A stretch of DNA of 64,000 bases from sequence record NC_070999.1. One strand, given 5' to 3'. Within the stretch, counting starts at the first letter, position 1, and each line of letters opens with the position of its first letter. A program made the position numbers and the translations under genes. The notes under the pieces are model-generated. The model was given only the letters and a program-made list of their open reading frames with translations, was not told where the DNA came from and did not search any database. Shown here one piece after another: positions 56,899-64,000 of this stretch.

Positions 56899-59181
56899 AT
56901 GAGTCATAACACTGGTAATGATTTAGAATCTTCAGATATCTTAGATTTTGAAGATAACTGTGAAAACTTAGATGTTTTAATGAACACTGATCAAGACCAC
57001 TGGACAGATCGTCTTGGTAACAAACGTCCTACAATTGATTACGCTTTGCGTATGGCTGGATTCACTCCTGCTGGTTTTGATTTCACTACAGGCGGTGTTT
57101 TAAAGAATGGTGATAGAAACAAGTGTGTATTTAACCAAGCTGATCAAACTTGGTATAGTTGGTCAGGAGATCTTCCTTATAATGTAATTGCTGGAAGTGT
57201 TCCTGGAGAAGGTTGGAAAGTTGTCAATAGGCATTCCTTAATCATAGCAAGAGAGGCACTTCGTAGAACTTATCAAGAAGTTGGATTAAATCTGGTTGAA
57301 GGTTCTTTTGAACAAGGTGGCACCCTTGTAAATAGTAATGATGTGTTACTCCACGAAACTAGTAGTAAGGTATATGCTGGTGAGGTAGGATCATATCCAG
57401 CTGGAACAGAACCTGTTGGGGCTACTTGGATAGATATGTCAGCTGTGTCTGTGCGGGATCAGTTATCTGTCAATAACGGCGCCTCGATGATTGGCACCTC
57501 GGTAGGCCGGACTATTGAAAACAGACTATCAGACACCATTAAAGTTATTGACTATAAAACCCTTGGTAGGACATACCCAGAGGCTATTGCGACCTGTATA
57601 GCCTACGCAAAGGAGCTACAAGCCTCTGGGAAGTCGGTAAAAATATCCTTCGAAAATTGCGATGCTTTTATAACAACGACAGTGGGGTTTGTTCTCGACT
57701 TCCCCGTTATCTGGGACCAGTGTAAAACTAGGATTACTGGCGATGGTTCTATACCCACCCTTTTAAAATGTACAGCTGCTGACATTTGGTTGTGTAACTT
57801 TAGCCTTCGCGGGGTGGGTGACGGCGACAACACTAGACTACTGTGGATGAGTGGCGCGCCTAGTTTCCGCATTCAGAACGGTGACGTCAGTAATGGTAAG
57901 GAGGGCTGGTGGTGTGATGGTGGATCTTACGGTGGATTCATTGATGTCTTCACGGTCAACAACAATGTGTCACGCGGGATATACTGTGATGTTGTGACCA
58001 GCGCAGAACATTCGTGGCGTGACGTGTACGTTGGGTTGTCGAAGTCATACCTAACCGACTCTACAGTTGGCATTGAAATGTACTCAAGCAGTGTGATCGA
58101 TTCTGGCGGGTATCACTGGTACAACGTGTTAGTCGTAAATAACACGGCTGCTGGCGCGAAAGCTGGTAAAGGTGTTTATCTGAATGGGTCAAATTTCCAA
58201 GGCATTACTCCGATTCATTGGGTTGGTGGGGGCGCTGATGGTTTTATCAAAGCTAACGGTAAGACTGGCGTGAACATCAGAAACTGGGCGCAGGTTAAGT
58301 GCGTTAACGTCTGGACATCTAACTGCGAAATCAACAGCGCAGATAGCCCTCAGTGGATTGGTGGTAATTGTTCAACTGGTTTTACCCTCAAGGGTACTAT
58401 TAAAGACCCAGCATTCATCGCCCCACGTTGCGGCGAGGCGGTAGATGGAGCTTATCTGCTAGACCCAGCGCTCACGATAACTGGATTTATCAGAGAGTAT
58501 AATACAATCACCTCTCTAATAACCAATAACCTTACTAAATGGATTTTTTATACGAGAAACTCGCTTGTAAAAACCACATCAACAGAAAGCTCTTTTACAG
58601 CCGAAAGGTACAGTGATCAGACTGGGTTAACCAAGTTTTACCGTCGCATAAATTCTGTCGGTGAAAACACTTTCCTTAAAAGCGATTTCACCGACCACAC
58701 AGTAATGCGACAAAATGGCCAGTTGTATGTCCCAGGTGGGTATGCGCCGTTCACCGGTGTTCACCAGATGCGTTCTAGTGAGTACATTGATAATGGGAAA
58801 GTTGTCATATTTGTGAATTCAGAACAAATTGTTGATCGTCTAACCGTATACAACTCTGAATTAGAAGTCGATGAGGATGTCGCTGTAGTGACAGAGGGTG
58901 AGGTAAAGCTGTGTAACGAGGATGACTCTCTGTTGTTTGCTGGGATTGTAGTTGAGTCACAGCTAATCGGTGACTACTATCTCGTCACTGTTGCAGCATC
59001 TGGTGATAACTCAATGCCACAACTCGATTGCGTGGCTGTTGATGGTGATTTCTCAATTGGCGACCTATTATCAACGTCAGCAACAGGTCTGCTTAAGCGG
59101 TATGAAGGTAATGATTTGCGGATCCCTTGCTTGCGTGTGAAAGGAGTTAGAAACGGAAAGGCCTATGGGTACTTCCTTTGA
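56899..59181 (+). CDS. Tailspike/RBP 3: anchor, beta-helix and probable C-terminal chaperone-like domain
   Basis: ATG 56899 with AAGGA SD; NTGN..DRLG, PAGFDF and GSFEQGG modules; GASMIG neck; C-terminal FTGVH...GDLLSTS. Confidence 0.85.
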   Translation: MSHNTGNDLESSDILDFEDNCENLDVLMNTDQDHWTDRLGNKRPTIDYALRMAGFTPAGFDFTTGGVLKNGDRNKCVFNQADQTWYSWSGDLPYNVIAGSVPGEGWKVVNRHSLIIAREALRRTYQEVGLNLVEGSFEQGGTLVNSNDVLLHETSSKVYAGEVGSYPAGTEPVGATWIDMSAVSVRDQLSVNNGASMIGTSVGRTIENRLSDTIKVIDYKTLGRTYPEAIATCIAYAKELQASGKSVKISFENCDAFITTTVGFVLDFPVIWDQCKTRITGDGSIPTLLKCTAADIWLCNFSLRGVGDGDNTRLLWMSGAPSFRIQNGDVSNGKEGWWCDGGSYGGFIDVFTVNNNVSRGIYCDVVTSAEHSWRDVYVGLSKSYLTDSTVGIEMYSSSVIDSGGYHWYNVLVVNNTAAGAKAGKGVYLNGSNFQGITPIHWVGGGADGFIKANGKTGVNIRNWAQVKCVNVWTSNCEINSADSPQWIGGNCSTGFTLKGTIKDPAFIAPRCGEAVDGAYLLDPALTITGFIREYNTITSLITNNLTKWIFYTRNSLVKTTSTESSFTAERYSDQTGLTKFYRRINSVGENTFLKSDFTDHTVMRQNGQLYVPGGYAPFTGVHQMRSSEYIDNGKVVIFVNSEQIVDRLTVYNSELEVDEDVAVVTEGEVKLCNEDDSLLFAGIVVESQLIGDYYLVTVAASGDNSMPQLDCVAVDGDFSIGDLLSTSATGLLKRYEGNDLRIPCLRVKGVRNGKAYGYFL

Positions 59182-59384
59182 CAACAAACCTTTAAAAAGG
59201 TACCATGCTGAAACAAGTGATGGTATTTGGAGAAAATATTTAAAATTTGGTAAAGTTCAGACAGCTGCACTGGGGTGGTAATTCTTATCGGTAGTGGGGG
59301 TAACTGTTACAGTTAAAAATAACCTCTGTATCACTACACCCTCCCCCACACTGTTGTTACTGTTAATTTTTAAGGAGTTGAGAA

Positions 59385-59786
59385 ATGACTTTACAAGATT
59401 TCCTTTCTCACTATCAATACAAACCTGATCCTGTTAAGAAAGATATTTGGATTATTCCTAACAAAGTTAACAATCAATATCTTGATGATTGTGATGGATT
59501 CTGTTTAGGAGTGTTATTCTACGTTCTTGCTAATAGTTCACTTCTTACGTTCTGGTATTTGTTACTGTTTACAGATACTAGAATTTATTATGTGATTACT
59601 AGTAAAAACATTGGTCATGTAGTATTGAAACACAAAGGTCTTTATATTGACACTTATTCAAAAGCTTGGGTGAGTAAAGAACAGATGTCGTCTTATGGAC
59701 ATAAGTTCCATTGGTCTAAAATGTTCTTTTTCTGGCAAGTTGCTTTGAAGATGTTAATTGGTAAGATCTTAGTTAAAATGAAATAG
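59385..59786 (+). CDS. Transglutaminase-like (BTLCP/LapG-like) cysteine protease
   Basis: YKPDP..DIW, DDCDGF (Cys), GHVVL (His), YID (Asp) in papain/transglutaminase order. Confidence 0.6.
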   Translation: MTLQDFLSHYQYKPDPVKKDIWIIPNKVNNQYLDDCDGFCLGVLFYVLANSSLLTFWYLLLFTDTRIYYVITSKNIGHVVLKHKGLYIDTYSKAWVSKEQMSSYGHKFHWSKMFFFWQVALKMLIGKILVKMK

Positions 59787-59795
59787 TAATAAATA

Positions 59796-59829
59796 CTCTC
59801 TACTTCTCCAATTAAGGAGAAGTAGAGAG
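59796..59829 (+). terminator. Hairpin terminator
   Basis: ctctctacttctcc-aattaa-ggagaagtagagag. Confidence 0.8.
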
Positions 59830-59885
59830 ATTCTTTAATTGATTTTATGTACTTTAGTTTAACAGTAAAGAGAAGGTAAAGATTT

Positions 59886-61001
59886 ATGAGCTTTAATACA
59901 GGTAACGATTTACCGAGCTTAGACGAGCGTGATCTCTACGATAACGCTACTAATCTTGACAAAGCAATGAATAGCACTGATCCAACCTGGACAGATAGAT
60001 TTGGAGTTGAGAAACCTACAATTGACGCAGCTTTGAAATCTGCAGGATTTATGCCAGCTGGTTTTGACTTTGTAACTGGCGGCACTCTTCAACCTGGAGA
60101 TCGTAATAAAGCTGTTTATAACCCAGCACCTAATGGTGATAATAACTGGTATCGTTGGAATGGGTCGTTTCCAAAGGAAATTGCTGCTAATAGTCAACCT
60201 AATCCTAAAGATGAAAATAATTGGGTTCCTGTTATATTTAAATCTAGGTTCGGCAGAGAAAGCGATATTTTACAGTATATGATCGGACCTAATAAGGTTT
60301 CAATCACAGCTCATCGTGGATACTGGAGATTTTCTACTGAAAACTCTATTAAATCTATAACTAAAGCAGGTATGCTTGGTTTTGACATGGTGGAGTTAGA
60401 TGTAGAGTTTACCTCTGATATGGTCCCTGTTTTGTTACATGACGTGACTTTAGATAGAACCACATCTGGTACTGGTAGCGTTAGAACAAAGACCTTTTCG
60501 GAACTTTCCGGTTTATACTTAACCAACGACCCGGATGGTGATCGTGAACCAATCCCTACATTCAGGGATGCTGTGATCGCATGTAAGAAGTTTGGTCTTT
60601 CGATTAACATAGATTGGAAATTTTCTGGGACGTGGTACGATGACGATAAGTATTTGCGTATCGTTTATGATATTTTAATTAAGGAAGGTTATAGTCATAA
60701 ATCATTTTTCATGATTAATGACCACAAAAACCGGCTCCAAATGAAAAATATAGATCCAACGATGTCTATGGGATTTTTAACTACTAATCCTTCCGATATT
60801 AATATTATAAACACCTTTTATCCTGGATGTTTAGTTGGAATGAGAGTAGGAACCTCGCAAACCATCATAGATCAGTTTTTAGCTAATAAAACACCAGTCT
60901 ACATCTATGGGTGTGAAACACATCAGCAGATTGAACAGGCGTTAAAATCTGGCGCTAGTTTTATTGAAACTAACGACTTTATACCTTCTGGAGTGATCTA
61001 A
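59886..61001 (+). CDS. Tailspike/RBP 4: anchor fused to glycerophosphodiester phosphodiesterase (GDPD)
   Basis: N-terminal NTGN..DRFG..PAGFDF module; ITAHRG, TENS, VELDV..TSD..VLLHD..LDRTT GDPD motifs. Confidence 0.88.
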   Translation: MSFNTGNDLPSLDERDLYDNATNLDKAMNSTDPTWTDRFGVEKPTIDAALKSAGFMPAGFDFVTGGTLQPGDRNKAVYNPAPNGDNNWYRWNGSFPKEIAANSQPNPKDENNWVPVIFKSRFGRESDILQYMIGPNKVSITAHRGYWRFSTENSIKSITKAGMLGFDMVELDVEFTSDMVPVLLHDVTLDRTTSGTGSVRTKTFSELSGLYLTNDPDGDREPIPTFRDAVIACKKFGLSINIDWKFSGTWYDDDKYLRIVYDILIKEGYSHKSFFMINDHKNRLQMKNIDPTMSMGFLTTNPSDINIINTFYPGCLVGMRVGTSQTIIDQFLANKTPVYIYGCETHQQIEQALKSGASFIETNDFIPSGVI

Positions 61002-61924
61002 TGTATATCAGTAATAGTTTGCTTTTAACACCTCTCTCTTGTGGAGGCGGTGGTGGTCAGGGTAAGTTATTCACAACTATACCTAGTGAGTTGGCAGAAA
61101 GAAAGGTACTTATTAACTCACCTGAAAAAAGTTGGTTTAAAATGGGTGCGTTAGATCCGTATCTGGAGCATCATTTTCCTAATGTTGGACCTGGAATGAT
61201 TGTTAATATTAAGTTGACAATACAAACTCCAGGTAAGACCTTTAAAATCACTGGTCTAGGACAGGATTTAAGCTTCAACGTCGTTCCAAACGTAACCACG
61301 CCTTTTGATATTAACATTCCTATTTTTACCAATCCTACACAGAAATATATCAATATTAGAGGAATGGAAATTAACACTGTTTTATCAGATGTTAGAATTT
61401 CAATAACTGGTAACGAAGTCTTTCAAGACTTTGTAGTGATGAGAACACCCGCGACACTGCTTGAAAATATACATTATTCCCCATCCGTTAATAACATCAT
61501 ACCCACTAAGATGAATCTGTCAAAAGACTTGCTTACATCTGGTGTTATTGTAAAAACAGATCAGGGAATAAATTGGAATTCAGGTCCGGAAAATAAGCAA
61601 AAAACATTTGGACCAGTTAGGATCGTCCCAGTTGAAATGCAGGGTGGGGTCTTAATGGCGCGTTTTAAATACAGTTCCAATTTACCCTTTATGTTAAGAC
61701 TATGGAGTCTTACAGGTGTAACAACAGATCTGTTTTTTCCAGCCGGGGAAAATCAAGACATTTTTAGAGATACTTACGTAAAGACTAAAAATGACGTTAT
61801 TATAGCAACAATGTCCAATTTTGATTACGCTGGGACTTGGAACTGTTCCGTCCAAGCTGCTGATTTTTCTTTCACTTCTATCAATAGTGACGTGAAGTTG
61901 ATAAGAGAATTTAAAGGTTGGTAA
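61001..61924 (+). CDS. Probable virion accessory protein coupled to the GDPD spike
   Basis: 307 aa; TAATG overlap; N-terminal LLL..GGGGG; two beta-rich halves. Confidence 0.65.
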   Translation: MYISNSLLLTPLSCGGGGGQGKLFTTIPSELAERKVLINSPEKSWFKMGALDPYLEHHFPNVGPGMIVNIKLTIQTPGKTFKITGLGQDLSFNVVPNVTTPFDINIPIFTNPTQKYINIRGMEINTVLSDVRISITGNEVFQDFVVMRTPATLLENIHYSPSVNNIIPTKMNLSKDLLTSGVIVKTDQGINWNSGPENKQKTFGPVRIVPVEMQGGVLMARFKYSSNLPFMLRLWSLTGVTTDLFFPAGENQDIFRDTYVKTKNDVIIATMSNFDYAGTWNCSVQAADFSFTSINSDVKLIREFKGW

Positions 61925-61954
61925 AGTATCCCGGACTTCGGTCCGGGATACTTT
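61923..61954. terminator. Bidirectional terminator with C(UUCG)G loop
   Basis: aaagtatcccggac-ttcg-gtccgggatacttt between convergent genes. Confidence 0.9.
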
Positions 61955-64000
61955 TATCTTTTCATTTCAACATTAACTATTACATCCCAACTTCTTTCAT
62001 TATCAGTTAGAATGACTCTCAATTGTGTTTCTCCTATTTTACCTGTGCTAGAAACATTAATTCTATATCTTCCGTCTTCTACTAATTTAAGTCCTTTACC
62101 AACTGTGTGGATATAAGTGGGATCAAAACTAATATTTGCAATTACATCGGTATTCAGTGGAACATTTGGATTATTGTATTTATCTAGTTTAACAGTAAAG
62201 TCGATATCTGAATTGACGTTAAGAACAGCTATTCCATCTGTAACATCTGTAACTTTAGGTATGGTTGGGTTAACTTCAATCTCGTTCTTGTCAGAACGCA
62301 CGACAGTTCCACCTAAGTTCACACTAATAATAAACCCAGCTTTACCACCTAAGTGACTTAACATCAAATGGGATTGATAAATACCATTCACTGGATCAAT
62401 AAGGTCAATAAAACTATCTGTCCCAATAATGGTCGGTAAATTATTATCTCCATTCTCATAACCCACACCGGCTGTTCTAGCATTGTAGATATAAGACCCA
62501 GTTTGATCTTTGAGTTTATACAAAATAGCTTGTTTGGTACTAGCAGCAAAGTTCTTAGTTAGTAATTCAACAGTTATCCCTGTAATAACCTTTCTTGTTA
62601 CCTGTACTAATCCTCCTACTTCCTTCCTATATAAACTAACACCATCTAATAATCTAACTTCCAAATCTATTTCAGAAATATCAACTTCTCCCATAGGAAC
62701 AGACTTAGTAGTTTCCAAAACTATTCCATCTGGTTCAATTGATTTAACTAAAACTTCTGAGGAACTTAATTTTACATTTACAGTTATTCTAGGATCTGTT
62801 AACAAAACAGTATTTCCATTATAACTAACTGAAACATTAAGCTTTTTACTTAAGTACGATTCAATACTCACCATTCCGTCCATATTAACTTTCAATGGAT
62901 AAGAAGGTTGAATATCACTGTTTACTAGCAACTCACCGATATCATCAGGATTAGCACTATCATTAAACTTCAATACCGAAGTTACTGGGCCCTGTTCCAC
63001 TAAACTATAACCAATAGTAATAAACTGTTCAGTTACTTTCCTCAGTGGATTAAAATTGATATTAGGGTACAAAGTTGACAACTCAGGTTTATATTGAACT
63101 CTAGTGTTTATCCGTTCACGTTTATTATAAACACAAACATCAAATTCCCCAGTTTCCAATTCCCTTCCTTCCAAGTCTTTAGATTTAGGTAACAAAACCA
63201 AATCAGGTCCAGTGTAGCCTAAAATCTCAAACTCCTGTTCCCAAGAGAAGTCCTTCTCAATCCCATCTACCAAAACTTTAAATTTGAAATTAACTTTCTT
63301 ATTAACAGTTGTACTTTCCCCATCAACAACTATCCAACTATTCTGAATAGTCCAAGGATCAAAGTTCATTATTACTGGGGAAGTTTCACTGTTCTCAATA
63401 TTCACATCTCTAACTTTATCACTTGACTCATTACCATTAATATAAACTTGAAATGGTAAAGGTCCTTTCTGATAACGTTCAACAGTTTTATTAAAACTAT
63501 TTCTAGGTCTAAGATCTACAGTAGAAACTTTAATAACTTCTACATTTAACTTGTCAGTTCTAGAGTAAAGTTCTCCATTACTAGCGGGATACTTTAATCC
63601 AAAGTTAATTGTATCAGTAATGATCGTTCCAGGTGAATTAGAATCCTGAACAATTTCATATCCAAAACTCTCTGTATCGATGTCTGTGACATTTATCAGT
63701 TGTCTTTGACCTACCAGGCCAGTATTAACACCACACTGATTTAAAGTGATTGGGGAACCCTTTAACTTAACCTGATAAGTTATACTTCCAATATCACCTT
63801 TCTCACCTTTAATTAGCACTGGTTCTAAGTTAACTAACTCTAACTGATCCTGTTCACCTAAAGGCTTAACTACTTCTAACTCTACAAACAAGTTGCCTTT
63901 ATTTCCCAGGTAACTAAATTCTCCAATAATAAGATCATTGAAACTAGAATTGTAATCAGGAAGAATAGTAGTTGGTACACCTGTATAAAGTAACCCATCT
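61954..64000 (-). CDS. Large beta-rich (Ig-like repeat) virion protein, 5' end beyond the window
   Basis: Frame stays open from the TTG at 63891 to the window edge; V/I/N/D/T-rich beta-sandwich-like segments. Confidence 0.65.
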   Translation of the reverse strand, partial: DGLLYTGVPTTILPDYNSSFNDLIIGEFSYLGNKGNLFVELEVVKPLGEQDQLELVNLEPVLIKGEKGDIGSITYQVKLKGSPITLNQCGVNTGLVGQRQLINVTDIDTESFGYEIVQDSNSPGTIITDTINFGLKYPASNGELYSRTDKLNVEVIKVSTVDLRPRNSFNKTVERYQKGPLPFQVYINGNESSDKVRDVNIENSETSPVIMNFDPWTIQNSWIVVDGESTTVNKKVNFKFKVLVDGIEKDFSWEQEFEILGYTGPDLVLLPKSKDLEGRELETGEFDVCVYNKRERINTRVQYKPELSTLYPNINFNPLRKVTEQFITIGYSLVEQGPVTSVLKFNDSANPDDIGELLVNSDIQPSYPLKVNMDGMVSIESYLSKKLNVSVSYNGNTVLLTDPRITVNVKLSSSEVLVKSIEPDGIVLETTKSVPMGEVDISEIDLEVRLLDGVSLYRKEVGGLVQVTRKVITGITVELLTKNFAASTKQAILYKLKDQTGSYIYNARTAGVGYENGDNNLPTIIGTDSFIDLIDPVNGIYQSHLMLSHLGGKAGFIISVNLGGTVVRSDKNEIEVNPTIPKVTDVTDGIAVLNVNSDIDFTVKLDKYNNPNVPLNTDVIANISFDPTYIHTVGKGLKLVEDGRYRINVSSTGKIGETQLRVILTDNERSWDVIVNVEMKR

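Noticed and set aside
1-64000. tRNA or structured ncRNA genes
   Set aside because: No cloverleaf or T-loop pattern recognised by eye, and intergenic gaps are short; tRNAscan-SE and Infernal were not run

Overview
This window comes from an AT-rich phiKZ-related jumbo myophage (Chimalliviridae-like). The host is probably Enterobacterales, inferred from major-capsid codon bias and the tailspike head domains; no database search was run. The left half holds conserved core genes: DnaB-like helicase, major capsid protein, the beta N-half of the non-virion RNAP, portal, RuvC, overlapped spanins with a candidate holin, four paralogous baseplate/tail-fibre proteins, the HxH tail tip and an SbcC/SMC ATPase. 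The middle holds a signal-peptide-bearing gp144-like lytic transglycosylase, an NAD-dependent ligase, RNase HI and many small unknown genes, several behind a near-identical 29-bp promoter-like motif. The right third is the most interesting part. Four receptor-binding proteins share N-terminal anchor modules but carry unrelated heads: a probable teichoic-acid-RBP-like beta-propeller, two beta-helices and a glycerophosphodiester phosphodiesterase. Around them are a displaced-tailspike scar with donor flanking DNA, exact 30-bp and 20-bp inverted identities between spike genes, and a small Cys-His-Asp protease. No tRNA, CRISPR array, intron, intein or transposase was recognised. Chimallin and PhuZ are not in this window, so nucleus formation is inferred from lineage only.
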